Source: Thermodesulfobacteriota bacterium (GTDB taxonomy: Bacteria > Desulfobacterota > WTBG01 > JAGOGO01). From it: 32,000 bases of DNA. The position numbers and the translations under genes are program-made. Position 1 is the stretch's first letter; the number at the start of each line of letters is the position of its first letter. Where the stretch lies: NCBI GenBank assembly GCA_026625185.1, contig CP113000.1:2415622-2447621 (forward strand), read 5' to 3'. Below the pieces are notes generated by a model. The model was given only the letters and a program-made list of their open reading frames with translations, had not been told where the DNA came from and ran no database searches. Positions 1-9,677 of this stretch are shown here, piece by piece.

Positions 1-1
1 T

Positions 2-247
2 GCCCGTTTGGAGTTTAGCGAAAAAGAACTCGAAGCTTTCACCCGGCAGATGGACAACATTCTTACCTATTTTGACAAACTTAAGGAAGTTGACACCACC
101 TTAGTTGAGCCGACGAGTCATGCTATCCGGGTTACAAACGTTTTTCGCGAAGATGAGGTCAAAAAATCGATCGCCTTGGATTTGAGCTTGAAAAACGCTC
201 CGGAACAGGAAGGCAACTGTTTTCGCGTTCCTAAAATTATTGAATAA
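2..247 (+). CDS. gatC: Asp/Glu-tRNA(Asn/Gln) amidotransferase subunit C, 5'-truncated by the window edge
   Basis: The frame is open from the window edge. The sequence [34 protein letters not shown] is typical of GatC. gatA follows directly. Confidence 0.85.
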   Translation, partial: ARLEFSEKELEAFTRQMDNILTYFDKLKEVDTTLVEPTSHAIRVTNVFREDEVKKSIALDLSLKNAPEQEGNCFRVPKIIE

Positions 248-263
248 ATCGAAAGATAGAGTA

Positions 264-1720
264 ATGGATCTCTCTACCCTTACTATTCACGAAGCCCACG
301 AACGATTGAAAAACCGGGATTTTTCCGCCGGGGAGCTAACCCAGACACTTCTCAAAAGAATAGAAGAAGTCGAACCGAAGGTAAAAGCTTATATTATTGT
401 AACCTCCGAAAAAGCCCTTAAAGAAGCGGAACAAGCCGACATGATAATTGCCGCCGGGAAAATAGCGCCGCTGACCGGTATCCCCCTGGCGATCAAGGAT
501 GTCTTGTGCACCGAGGGTATTACGACTACCTGCGGTTCAAAGATCCTCAGCAATTTTGTTCCGGTTTATGACGCCACGGTGGTCCGCAATTTAAAAAGGG
601 CCGGTGCCATTACCCTGGGAAAAGCGAATATGGATGAGTTTGCCATGGGTTCATCCACGGAAAATTCTTCTTTTGGCCACAGCCATAATCCCTGGGACTT
701 AAGCGCCATCCCCGGAGGCTCAAGCGGCGGGTCGGCTGCCGCTGTGGCAGCAGATGAGTGTATTGCCTCCTTGGGCACGGACACCGGCGGTTCAATCCGG
801 CAGCCGGCTTCCTGCTGCGGGGTGGTGGGATTAAAACCCACCTACGGAAGAGTTTCCCGGTTTGGTCTGATCGCTTTCGGCTCCTCACTTGATCAGGTCG
901 GGCCTTTGACTAAAGATGTCCGGGATGCCGCGCTTCTCATGAATGTACTGGCCGGATATGACCCGCAGGATTCAACCTCAGTGAATAAAGAGGTTCCTGA
1001 CTACACCACCTTTTTGAAACCGGACCTTAAAGAAATAACCATCGGGGTCGCCAGGGAATACTTTATCGAAGGCATTGATCCTGAGGTTGAAAAGGCGGTT
1101 AGGGAAGCATTAAATGTTTTACAGAGCCTGGGGGCAAAGACGGTTGATATTGCTCTTCCCCATACTGAATACGCCCTGCCGGTTTACTATCTCATTGCCC
1201 CAGCAGAGGCAAGCTCCAACCTCGCTCGCTATGACGGGGTGAAGTATGGCTTTCGCACCGAAAAAGATGAAAATTTAACCGCCATGTATAAAAAAACCCG
1301 GTCCGAAGGATTCGGAGCGGAGGTAAAAAGAAGGATCATGCTCGGAACCTACGCGCTTTCCGCCGGGTACTATGACGCCTATTACGGCAAAGCGTCTCAG
1401 GTGCGAACCCTGATCCGACGCGACTTTGAAGAGGCATTTAAAAAATGCGATGTGATTGTTACGCCAACGACCCCTACTCCCGCGTTTAAGATTGGTGAAA
1501 AAGTGGATGACCCGCTGCAGATGTATCTTTCGGACATCTTCACCATACCGGCCAACTTAGCCGGAAATCCGGGCATTTCGGTTCCCTGCGGTTTGACCGG
1601 CAACGGACTTCCCATCGGTTTGCAGGTTATTTCCGGCCCTTTTGAAGAAGGCAAAGTCTTGCAGACCGCTTTCGCGTATGAACAAAACACGGAATGGCAC
1701 GTTAAAAAGCCGAAGTTCTA

Positions 1721-1721
<1 letters not shown>
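264..1721 (+). CDS. gatA: Glu-tRNA(Gln) amidotransferase subunit A
   Basis: Amidase signature [12 protein letters not shown] is present, with full-length similarity to GatA. I chose ATG 264 ([15 protein letters not shown]) over the track's TTG 240, which overlaps the gatC stop. Confidence 0.95.
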
Positions 1722-1840
<119 letters not shown>

Positions 1841-1851
1841 ATAAGAAAACC

Positions 1852-2409
1852 ATGATTAATCGTGAGAAATCGTTAACCCTCCTAAAAGGACACATTCAGG
1901 CGGAAAACCTGATCAAGCATTGCCTGGCCACCGAAGCGATTATGCGCAAGGTTGCTCAGCGTTTGGGTAAAGAGGTAGAACTCTGTGGATTAACCGGATT
2001 GCTTCATGACATTGATCTGGAAATCACCCGTGATGACCAATCTAAGCATGCTTTAGTCGGCGCGGACCTTTTGGAAAAAGAAGGATTCCCTCAGGAAGCA
2101 TTACAAGCCATCCGAGCGCACAACGGAGAGCGGCTGGGGATTGAACGGCAAACCGAGTTTGAACACGCTTTGGCGGCTTCGGAAACCATCACTGGTTTGA
2201 TTGTGGCCACTGCCCTGGTGCAGCCGGAGAAAAAAATCGCGAACGTCAAGATAAAATCGGTCACCAAGCGAATGAAAGAAAAACGGTTCGCGGAAAACGT
2301 AAACCGGGACATTATTAAGGAATGTGAACTCTTCGGAATCCCGGTGGAGGATTTTGTCGCCTTAAGCATCACGGCGATGCAGGGAATTGCCGATGATTTG
2401 GGATTATAA
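1852..2409 (+). CDS. HD-domain metal-dependent phosphohydrolase
   Basis: It has the H...HD motif (LTGLLHDIDLE) and the size and helical composition typical of small HD/HDIG proteins. Confidence 0.75.
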   Translation: MINREKSLTLLKGHIQAENLIKHCLATEAIMRKVAQRLGKEVELCGLTGLLHDIDLEITRDDQSKHALVGADLLEKEGFPQEALQAIRAHNGERLGIERQTEFEHALAASETITGLIVATALVQPEKKIANVKIKSVTKRMKEKRFAENVNRDIIKECELFGIPVEDFVALSITAMQGIADDLGL

Positions 2410-2410
2410 G

Positions 2411-2575
2411 AAGCAGGGTGCGTGGAGAAGGGAACAAAGAGGTACGAGGGAGAAGGAACGAGGCTCGAGGTACGAGGCTCGAGGCTTGGGAGTAAAGAGG
2501 TTAAGAGATTAGGAGGTTAAGAAGTTAACAACTAACAACGGACAACTGACAACTAACACTTAACACCTATCACCT
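2411..2575 (+). repeat. Strand-asymmetric low-complexity spacer: a GA-rich block (2411-2525, including a 14-nt tandem duplication at 2458-2485) followed by a CA-rich ACAAC block (2526-2575)
   Basis: acgaggctcgaggt/acgaggctcgaggc are in tandem. The motifs aggaacgagg and caacggacaac are shared with the 1721-1840 spacer. Confidence 0.6.
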
Positions 2576-2602
2576 TGCTTTTCACGAAAAAAGGAGGCTG
2601 CC

Positions 2603-2911
2603 GTGCTTATGGTAGAAGTAAGCATGTTTCCGGTTGATAAAGGGGAAAGTTTAAGCGCGTATGTATCCAGGGTCTTGGGCATCATCGACCAAAGCGGTCT
2701 TGCGTACCGGATAAACCCGATGGGAACCGTGATTGAAGGCGAATGGGATGCGGTGATGGGCGTGATTAAAAAATGCCATGCGGCCTTGGAAAAGGACTGC
2801 CGCCGGATATCCACCTCTATCAAGATCGACTATAGAAAAGGGAAAAAGCGCCGGATGGATGCCAAGATTGAAGCAATAGAACAAAAGGTCGGGAAAGCGC
2901 TGAAAAAGTAA
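2603..2911 (+). CDS. MTH1187/YkoF-like (DUF77) small thiamine-binding-family protein
   Basis: MVEVSMFPVDKGESLSAYV...NPMGTVIEGEWD is the typical DUF77 pattern. An AAGGAGG RBS lies at 2591-2597. The true start may be ATG 2609 instead of GTG 2603. Confidence 0.7.
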   Translation: MLMVEVSMFPVDKGESLSAYVSRVLGIIDQSGLAYRINPMGTVIEGEWDAVMGVIKKCHAALEKDCRRISTSIKIDYRKGKKRRMDAKIEAIEQKVGKALKK

Positions 2912-2941
2912 GAACGCGAAAAGAAACAAAGGATTTAAAAA

Positions 2942-4381
2942 ATGGAATACGAAGCGATTATCGGTCTTGAAGTTCATGCCCAGTTGCTCACCAAAAGTAA
3001 AATATTCTGCTCCTGCACGACCCAGTTTGGTGCTTCCCCCAACACCAATACCTGTCCGGTTTGCCTGGGCATGCCGGGAGTGTTACCGGTGCTCAACAAA
3101 AAGGTGGTGGAATGCGCCATCAAAACCGGGTTGGCGCTTAAATGTGAGGTCGCGCCGTATTCCGTGTTTGCGCGGAAAAATTACTTTTACCCTGACCTCC
3201 CCAAAGGTTACCAGATATCCCAGTATGAACATCCGCTGGCCAAAAACGGGTACCTTGATATTGAACTGGAGGGAACAGTCAAAAGAATCGGAATTACCCG
3301 GGTGCATATGGAAGAGGATGCCGGAAAGCTGATGCACGAGATCGAAGGAGCAGTCACCGGGTATAGCTACGTGGATTTTAACCGCACCGGCGTTCCACTT
3401 TTGGAGATTGTCAGTGAACCCGATATCCGCTCCGGGGAAGAAGCGAGCATCTACCTTCAGACTCTCCGAAGCATTTTACGCTACCTTGAGGTCTGTGACG
3501 GCAACATGGAAGAAGGGAGTCTTCGGTGTGACGCCAATATATCAGTGCGGCCCAAAGGTCAAAAAGAATTCGGCACCCGGGCTGAACTGAAGAACATGAA
3601 TTCCTTTAAATTCGTCCGGATGGCCTTGGACTATGAGATTGAACGACAAATTGAGGTGCTTGAGGAGGGCGGTACTATTTTACAGGAAGCCCGGCTCTTT
3701 GATTCCAAGCAGGGCATTACCATCTCGATGCGGGGGAAAGAGGAAGCCCACGACTACCGCTATTTCCCTGATCCTGATTTAGTGCCGATTGAGCCGGGCA
3801 AAGACTGGGTCGAAGAAATCAAGGCGGCTCTTCCCGAACTTCCCCAGCAAAAGAAGGAACGTTTTACCCGGGACTATTCTCTACCCGAGTATGACAGCAG
3901 AATCCTCTCAACCTCTAAGGCGCTGGCGGATTATTTCGAAGAATGTGTTAGACTTTTTCCCCAACCGAAAGCGGTGAGCAACTGGATCATGAGCGAATTA
4001 CTACGGTTATTAAAAAAAGATAACCGGGAGATCGAAGAGTGCCCGGTTAGCCCTCAACAGCTTGCCGCCTTGTTCCACGTGATGGACAAAGGAACGATCA
4101 GCGGCAAGATTGCCAAACAGGTGTTTGAGGAAATGTACGAAACCGGTTCTTCCGCTGAGGATATTGTGCGCAAGAAAGGCCTCACCCAGGTCTCGGATGG
4201 GGCGGAAATCGAGACCATCATCGCCAAGGTATTGGCGGCAAATCCTGATGGGGTGGAGAAATACCGAAACGGCAACACGAAGGTTTTTGGCTTTTTTGTC
4301 GGCGAGGTGATGAAGGAAACCAAAGGCAAGGCAAATCCAAAAATAGTAAACCAGATTCTTCAGGAGAAATTAAAGACATGA
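2942..4381 (+). CDS. gatB: Asp/Glu-tRNA(Asn/Gln) amidotransferase subunit B
   Basis: The N-terminus [13 protein letters not shown], the cysteine cluster CPVCLGMPG and the C-terminal GatB/YqeY domain are all present. Confidence 0.95.
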   Translation: MEYEAIIGLEVHAQLLTKSKIFCSCTTQFGASPNTNTCPVCLGMPGVLPVLNKKVVECAIKTGLALKCEVAPYSVFARKNYFYPDLPKGYQISQYEHPLAKNGYLDIELEGTVKRIGITRVHMEEDAGKLMHEIEGAVTGYSYVDFNRTGVPLLEIVSEPDIRSGEEASIYLQTLRSILRYLEVCDGNMEEGSLRCDANISVRPKGQKEFGTRAELKNMNSFKFVRMALDYEIERQIEVLEEGGTILQEARLFDSKQGITISMRGKEEAHDYRYFPDPDLVPIEPGKDWVEEIKAALPELPQQKKERFTRDYSLPEYDSRILSTSKALADYFEECVRLFPQPKAVSNWIMSELLRLLKKDNREIEECPVSPQQLAALFHVMDKGTISGKIAKQVFEEMYETGSSAEDIVRKKGLTQVSDGAEIETIIAKVLAANPDGVEKYRNGNTKVFGFFVGEVMKETKGKANPKIVNQILQEKLKT

Positions 4382-5418
4382 CGATTCAACCGATAAAATG
4401 GAAAGATGATAAAGTATTACTCCTTGACCAGCGCGTCTTGCCCGAAAAGGAAGCCTATCTTGAATGCCGGACCTACCAGGACGTAGCTCACGCTATCAAA
4501 CATATGGTAGTGCGCGGAGCACCTGCGGTGGGAGTGGCCGCGGCCATGGGAATCGCCTTAGGAGTGCGGACAATTCCGGAAAAAAATAAAAATAGTTTTT
4601 TAATTCAGTTTGATAAAATATGTAATACCATTGCAGCAACTCGTCCGACAGCAGTTAATCTCTTCTGGGCGATCGAACGGATGAAAAACGTGGTTTATCA
4701 AAATCTTCATGTTTCCATAAAGGCTTTGGGCCTGCTTCTCAAAAAAGAAGCCCTAAAAATTCTCAAGGAAGACATCGAGAGCAACAAACGGATGGGAACG
4801 TATGGAAGCAAATTCATTAAGAACGGAGCTGTCATCCTTACTCACTGCAATGCCGGCGCTTTGGCAACCGGAGGGTATGGAACCGCCCTGGGAATTATCC
4901 GGGCAGCCAAGGATCAGGGGAAAAAGATTCAGGTTATCGCGGATGAGACCCGGCCTTTCCTTCAGGGAGCGCGATTGACCGCCTGGGAGCTTAAAAAAGA
5001 CCGGATTCCGGTTACCGTGATTACCGACAACATGGCAGCTTTTATGATGCAACAAAAGCGAATTGATGCTATTATCGTGGGGGCTGATCGGATTGCGGCC
5101 AATGGTGATACGGCGAATAAAATCGGTACCTACTCGCTGGCCATTTTGGCGAAGGAACATAAAATCCCCTTTTATGTGGCTGCCCCTCTTTCCACGATTG
5201 ATTTTAAAATTAAAACCGGCAAAGAAATACCGATTGAAGAGCGCGCCAAAGAAGAAGTAAGTCACATCAGGGGGAAAAGAATGGTACCGCACGGAGTTTC
5301 GATCTGGAACCCGGCGTTTGATGTTACCCCCAACCGGTTTGTTTCAGCGATAATAACCGATCAAGGGGTGGTGAAAAAACCTTTTCAAAAAAATTTAAAA
5401 AAATTGGTTTCAAAATAA
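4378..5418 (+). CDS. mtnA: S-methyl-5-thioribose-1-phosphate isomerase (eIF-2B alpha/beta/delta family)
   Basis: [17 protein letters not shown]...[12 protein letters not shown] and ANKIGTY are MtnA hallmarks. Its start overlaps the gatB stop (ATGA). Confidence 0.85.
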   Translation: MTIQPIKWKDDKVLLLDQRVLPEKEAYLECRTYQDVAHAIKHMVVRGAPAVGVAAAMGIALGVRTIPEKNKNSFLIQFDKICNTIAATRPTAVNLFWAIERMKNVVYQNLHVSIKALGLLLKKEALKILKEDIESNKRMGTYGSKFIKNGAVILTHCNAGALATGGYGTALGIIRAAKDQGKKIQVIADETRPFLQGARLTAWELKKDRIPVTVITDNMAAFMMQQKRIDAIIVGADRIAANGDTANKIGTYSLAILAKEHKIPFYVAAPLSTIDFKIKTGKEIPIEERAKEEVSHIRGKRMVPHGVSIWNPAFDVTPNRFVSAIITDQGVVKKPFQKNLKKLVSK

Positions 5419-5439
5419 AATCTAAAGAGAGGCAAACCC

Positions 5440-6357
5440 ATGGAAGCAAAAACAGATAAAATTTGGCTGGATGGTAAATTGGTTGATTGGGATAAAGCCC
5501 AGATTCATATCCTCACCCATACCCTTCATTATGGCTGGGGAGTGTTTGAGGGGATTCGCTGTTATCATTGTCATAACGGCTCTTCCGCTATTTTTCGGCT
5601 TAAAGAGCACGTTGACCGTCTTTTTGATTCCGCTCACATTGTCGGCATTAAAATTCCCTTTACCAGAGAAGAAATCTTTTCTGCGATCCTCGAAACCTTC
5701 CGCATTAATAGGCTGAAAGAGGGATACATCCGCCCGATTGTCTTTGTTGGTGACGGCGAGATGGGAATATACGTCAAAAAGGTCGATGTGCGGGTAGCCA
5801 TTGCGGTTTGGAGCTGGGGCGCGTACTTGGGAGATGAAGGCTTAGCAAAAGGGATTAGAGCTAAGGTGTCCTCTTTTACTCGTCTCCAGGTCAGCAGTCA
5901 AATGACCAAAGCCAAGGTTTGCGGCAACTATGTCAATTCGATCTTAGCCAAAAGAGAAATTATCGCTGCCGGTTATGACGAAGCCATCCTTCTCGATACC
6001 GAGGGGTATGTGTCGGAAGCAAGCGGTGAAAACATCTTCATGGTGAAAAACGGAATTATCAAAACCTCTCCCCTTACCTCTATCCTTCCGGGTATCACGA
6101 GGGATTCCGTTATCACCATTGCGAAGGACAAGGGGTGCCAGCTTATTGAAGAGCGTTTTACCCGGGATGAGCTCTACCTTGCGGATGAAGCTTTTTTCAG
6201 TGGCACGGCAGCAGAGATTACCCCCATTCGAGAAGTTGATGACCGCCAAATCGGCCCCGGACACCCGGGACCAGTCACCAAGGATATCCAAGCCACCTTT
6301 TTTGATGCGGTTAAAGGTAAGGTGGATAAATACAAAGGGTGGCTGGCGCGCCTGTAA
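5440..6357 (+). CDS. ilvE: Branched-chain amino acid aminotransferase (class IV)
   Basis: It shows full-length class IV aminotransferase similarity ([26 protein letters not shown]). Confidence 0.9.
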   Translation: MEAKTDKIWLDGKLVDWDKAQIHILTHTLHYGWGVFEGIRCYHCHNGSSAIFRLKEHVDRLFDSAHIVGIKIPFTREEIFSAILETFRINRLKEGYIRPIVFVGDGEMGIYVKKVDVRVAIAVWSWGAYLGDEGLAKGIRAKVSSFTRLQVSSQMTKAKVCGNYVNSILAKREIIAAGYDEAILLDTEGYVSEASGENIFMVKNGIIKTSPLTSILPGITRDSVITIAKDKGCQLIEERFTRDELYLADEAFFSGTAAEITPIREVDDRQIGPGHPGPVTKDIQATFFDAVKGKVDKYKGWLARL

Positions 6358-6377
6358 ACTTACCCGAGATGAGCTTT

Positions 6378-6395
6378 AGTTTTTGGCTAAAAACT
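6378..6395 (+). terminator. Weak AT-rich hairpin after ilvE
   Basis: agttttt-ggct-aaaaact forms a 7-bp stem and is followed by T-rich sequence. Confidence 0.3.
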
Positions 6396-6411
6396 TTATA
6401 AATTTATTTTC

Positions 6412-6439
6412 TTGACTATGCATATTATATATGTATAAT
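6412..6439 (+). promoter_or_regulatory. Sigma70-type promoter of brnTA (TTGACT-N16-TATAAT)
   Basis: TTGACT is at 6412-6417 and TATAAT at 6434-6439. The brnT ATG is at 6445, only 5 nt after the -10 hexamer, and there is no Shine-Dalgarno sequence. Confidence 0.5.
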
Positions 6440-6444
6440 AAAAA

Positions 6445-6717
6445 ATGACGATCGCATGGGGTCCTGAAAACGCAAAATTAAATTTTCAAAAGCATAAAAT
6501 TCGGTTTTCGGATGCAGAGTCGGTTTTATTTGACCCCTTAGCTTTAACCCAAGAAGATAAAGATGCTGACGGGGAGCAGCGTTTTATTTCTATTGGCACT
6601 GATGCCTTTAACCGGGTTTTAGTTGTGGTGTATGCCTTTCGCGGGGATAAAATCCGAATCATTCCCGCAAGGCGGGCAACAAAAAAAGAAAGAAAATGCT
6701 ATGAAGAAAGAATATGA
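6445..6717 (+). CDS. brnT: BrnT-family (DUF497) type II toxin
   Basis: The ~90-aa protein has the DUF497 pattern (N..KH.I.F..AE.VLFDP...ED...GE.RF..IG...VLVVVY..R.D.IRIISAR.AT..E) and overlaps its downstream partner. Confidence 0.8.
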   Translation: MTIAWGPENAKLNFQKHKIRFSDAESVLFDPLALTQEDKDADGEQRFISIGTDAFNRVLVVVYAFRGDKIRIIPARRATKKERKCYEERI

Positions 6718-6961
6718 TTTTCGCAATGCAAAACGTGGTCAGGTTGTAATCCCAAAAGGAAAAACTCGTATTACGATCTATATTGATAATGATGTGCTCG
6801 AAAAATTTCGTTCCCGTGCCGATTCCGCCGGATTCGGTTACCAAACAATGATAAATGAGGCTTTGAGAGAATACCTTAACCAGCCCCAAGAATCCTTGCT
6901 TAATGAGAGCACACTACGAAAAGTGGTTCGTGAAGAGTTAAAACGGGCTGCCCATCATTAA
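6701..6961 (+). CDS. brnA: BrnA-family antitoxin
   Basis: The MKKEYDFRNAKRG N-terminus and a C-terminal RHH-like segment (GYQTMINEALREYL) are present. ATG 6701 overlaps brnT by 17 nt. Confidence 0.8.
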   Translation: MKKEYDFRNAKRGQVVIPKGKTRITIYIDNDVLEKFRSRADSAGFGYQTMINEALREYLNQPQESLLNESTLRKVVREELKRAAHH

Positions 6962-7442
6962 TAAAACCTTATCGCCAATCAACTCACCCCTCTCAACTTT
7001 TCTCCACCCTTTGATAGCCAATACCACCCTTGGGTAGGATCAATGACTTTTCAGGGCTTAAAAGGGCTTTGAGGTAATCCTGGTGGTCGAAAAAGAGAAC
7101 AAGGGGACTTTGTTTTGCATTCTTCAATGTTTTACCTAATCTCTAACATATTGAATTTTAAATTAAAAATTGCAAACCTTGCCTAACTATCTGAAAACTT
7201 AATGAAAGCAGCCAATGACACGGCTACCCCCTGTTTTTAAATTGGGACACCGCCTTGCCGGGAAGAGGGATAAGGTGAGGGGATTTTTTTAATGTGGTTT
7301 TTTTATAAAATTGTTAACATTTTTGCCAGAGCACCGCATGCCCTGATATGGGGGCGATCCCCCTTTCAAGAGGGGAATTACCCGTTACTTCGTTACACCC
7401 CTTTTAAAGGGGGGATTGTTTTTGGGCGAATGTCAATCGCCC

Positions 7443-7727
7443 TTATGCCGAAATTTTTAACCATAATGCTGCGTTATGAAGTTTTTTGTCAAGGATCCAA
7501 AGAGTTGCTTGGCTCAAGAGAGTTGAAGCGAGTAAATTAATGTCGATCCATCCTAAACCCAGGCCGTATAATTTTTTTGCATCAAGAAAACGCATTACTT
7601 CCTCATGTTCGGCAAGGTGGGCCTGTGGCGGTGACTCCATAAGCCGAAAAATTCCTCTCGGTTTCGCAGAGAACCGCACGCAAGTTCTCCCACCAAAAAA
7701 GGATGGCTAAGAACTTCCTCATCATAA
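7443..7727 (-). pseudogene. vapC: PIN-domain VapC toxin remnant, 5'-truncated and frameshifted
   Basis: One frame reads YDEEVLSHPFLVGELACGSLRNREE. The neighbouring frame continues IFRLMESPPQAHLAEHEEVMRFLDAKKLYGLGLGWIDINLLASTLL..LWILDKKL. The join, near 7647-7657, needs a 1-nt correction. No N-terminal acidic PIN segment and no vapB are present. Confidence 0.65.
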
Positions 7728-7733
7728 AGAGGA

Positions 7734-7762
7734 TAAAAAAACCTCCCATAGGGAGGTTTTTT
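7734..7762 (-). terminator. Rho-independent terminator of the hdr-flx operon (bidirectional shape)
   Basis: In aaaaaaa-cctccc-ata-gggagg-tttttt the GC stem is flanked by an A-run and a T-run. It lies 32 nt downstream of the flxA stop. Confidence 0.75.
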
Positions 7763-7793
7763 AGTATTTCATGTTTTTTTGAGGATAGGGCGG

Positions 7794-8630
7794 CTAAAGT
7801 TCTGCGGGGAGTTCATTGAGCTGGGTGAGGGAAAAGACCGGCCCGTCTTTGCAGACATACATCGTGCCGATGTTGCAGCGGCCGCAAATGCCGATGCCGC
7901 ACTTCATCCGCTTTTCCAGGGTAGTGATGATCTGATCATCTTTAAATTTAAGCTCTGAGAGAGCTTGGAGAGTAAATTTAATCATGATCGGGGGACCGCA
8001 GGTGATGGCCACGGTATTTTCCGGGGAAGGAGCGACTTCCTTCAGCACGTTAGGAACTAATCCGACCCGCTTATCCCACCCGGGGAATTCATTGTCCACC
8101 GTCAATATCATGTTAACATCAGATCGTTCTTCCCATTCCTTAAGCTCGTCCTTGTAACAGAGATCATTCGGAGTTCGGGCGCCATAGATGATGGTGATGT
8201 CGCCATAATCCGCCCGCTGGTCGAGCATAAAGAGGATCAAGGTACGAAGCGGGGCAAGACCGATACCGCCACCGATAAAAAGAATCTGTTTGCCTTTCAT
8301 TTGCGCATAAGGAAACCAGTTTCCCAACGGAGCGCGCACGCCGATTTGATCACCTTCGGCAAGTTCATGGAGGGCAGAGGTAACTTCTCCGGCCTTCATC
8401 ACGCTGAACTGAAGATAATCCATGCGCGTGGGCGGGGAGTTAATGACAAAGGTTGACTCTCCCACGCCAAAGAGAGAAAGCTGTCCTACCTGCCCTGGTT
8501 CAAAGGTAAAGTTTTTCATCTTCTCAGGATTATTTAATACCACCTGAAAAGATTTGATATTAGGCGTCTCATCAATAATTTTTATAACCGTACCTATTTC
8601 AGGGAGGTAGGGATTATGAATCGAACTCAT
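7794..8630 (-). CDS. flxA: FAD/NAD(P)-binding oxidoreductase with C-terminal 2Fe-2S site (PyrK / sulfhydrogenase gamma-like; FlxA-type)
   Basis: It has the NAD-binding motif LFIGGGIGLAPL and the C-terminal cluster motif MKCGIGICGRCN. It is the last gene of an hdrCBA-flxDCBA-like arrangement. Confidence 0.7.
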   Translation of the reverse strand: MSSIHNPYLPEIGTVIKIIDETPNIKSFQVVLNNPEKMKNFTFEPGQVGQLSLFGVGESTFVINSPPTRMDYLQFSVMKAGEVTSALHELAEGDQIGVRAPLGNWFPYAQMKGKQILFIGGGIGLAPLRTLILFMLDQRADYGDITIIYGARTPNDLCYKDELKEWEERSDVNMILTVDNEFPGWDKRVGLVPNVLKEVAPSPENTVAITCGPPIMIKFTLQALSELKFKDDQIITTLEKRMKCGIGICGRCNIGTMYVCKDGPVFSLTQLNELPAEL

Positions 8631-8633
8631 CCG

Positions 8634-9677
8634 TTAAGCTCCTTGAGCATGAGCAACAATTTCACTTATATCCACTGACATCGGGCAGTAACGAATACAC
8701 CGGCCGCAACCACAGCAGGCGATCACGCCTTGGTATTTTTTCGGATAATAACTAAACTTATGCCCCACGCGGTTTTTTAAGCGCTGGTGTTTGTTTTGTC
8801 GCGGGTTATGGCTGCTTGCCTCTAAGGTAAAGTGGAAAAACATGCAGGCATCCCAGCTCCGAATCCGCTCGCCGCTATTGCCGACCTGCTCATCCGTGAT
8901 GTTAAAACAATAACAGGTGGGGCACAGGTAGGTGCAGGCGCCGCAGCTGATACATTTTGCGGTTTCTCCTTCCCAAAATTGACTATTCTCAAAAAGAGAG
9001 AGAAGTTTTTCCGGCGTACCTTCAAGTATAGCAAAAGGTTTTTTTACTAATGCGGAAACTCTTTCGTGAGCTTTTTGCGCTTGTTCTTTATACGCGCTGC
9101 CGTCTTCAAATAAACTATCTTTGAAAATCTCTTTCCCTTTTTCCGTCATCGGCTCAAAAAAGTACCCTTTCCCCAGCTCGGTCATCATAAGGTCAGAACC
9201 ATCGCTTTCGGCCGGGCCTCGTCCAACGGACGTACAGAAGCAACCCGGAGAGGGCGCATTGCAGGCCAGGGTGATAATGGTGGTCTTTTCTCTTCTTCCT
9301 TTATAGTAAGGATCAGCGGTATCGGTTTCAAGGTAGACTCGGTCATAGATACGAAATCCCTGGGCATCGCAGGGTCGGCTACCAAAAATAATTGTTGGGA
9401 CAAAATCTAAATTTTCTTTAAGTTCTAAAGAGGTCTTTTTGGGGTCTTCCGGATCCTTTTTAAAATTAAAATTAAAGAGTGTCTCGCTTTGCGGAAAGAT
9501 AATTCCTTTGGGGGGGAGATTAGCCGGCCGGGTAAGGCAAAGGGTCGCTCCCGGAGCAAAACGTTTAAAGAGAACAACCTCACCATCTAAAACCGGCGCG
9601 AAGACCGCAAATTTTTTGCTTAAGGCTTCGAGTAACGCAGGTAAATTTTCTTTGGGGAGAAAACCAGTATCAGCCAT
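8634..9677 (-). CDS. flxB: Fe-S subunit (sulfhydrogenase beta/AsrA-like; FlxB-type)
   Basis: It has the motifs CISCGACTYLCPTCYCF and CCGCGRCIRYCP and is adjacent to flxA. Confidence 0.65.
   Translation of the reverse strand: MADTGFLPKENLPALLEALSKKFAVFAPVLDGEVVLFKRFAPGATLCLTRPANLPPKGIIFPQSETLFNFNFKKDPEDPKKTSLELKENLDFVPTIIFGSRPCDAQGFRIYDRVYLETDTADPYYKGRREKTTIITLACNAPSPGCFCTSVGRGPAESDGSDLMMTELGKGYFFEPMTEKGKEIFKDSLFEDGSAYKEQAQKAHERVSALVKKPFAILEGTPEKLLSLFENSQFWEGETAKCISCGACTYLCPTCYCFNITDEQVGNSGERIRSWDACMFFHFTLEASSHNPRQNKHQRLKNRVGHKFSYYPKKYQGVIACCGCGRCIRYCPMSVDISEIVAHAQGA

Noticed and set aside
789-798. The tRNA T-arm-like string ggttcaatcc.
   Set aside because: It lies inside the gatA reading frame (GGSIRQ), and no acceptor or anticodon arms surround it. 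No tRNA was found anywhere in the window.
2410-2602. A TPP riboswitch upstream of the DUF77 (thiamine-binding family) gene.
   Set aside because: The conserved TPP-riboswitch cores (CUGAGA and ACCUGAUCUGGAUAAUGCCAGCG-like) are absent. The region is low-complexity GA/CA repeat.
6993-7127. A short minus-strand ORF (about 44 aa, TTG start, ...PLVLFFDHQDYLKALLSPEKSLILPKGGIGYQRVEKS) convergent with brnA.
   Set aside because: It is below any reliable size. It has no RBS and I do not recognise any family. It may be a gene fragment, but I cannot support that.
7340-7442. A possible degenerate CRISPR array, or a retron msr/msd-like structure, formed by the clustered hairpins.
   Set aside because: The units differ in sequence and length, and there is no regular repeat-spacer periodicity. 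No cas or reverse-transcriptase gene is nearby.
7292-7540. ORF 7292..7540 (82 aa), which has a GGTGAGG-like upstream sequence.
   Set aside because: It is translated straight through the hairpin repeats and runs antisense to the vapC remnant. No family resemblance was seen.
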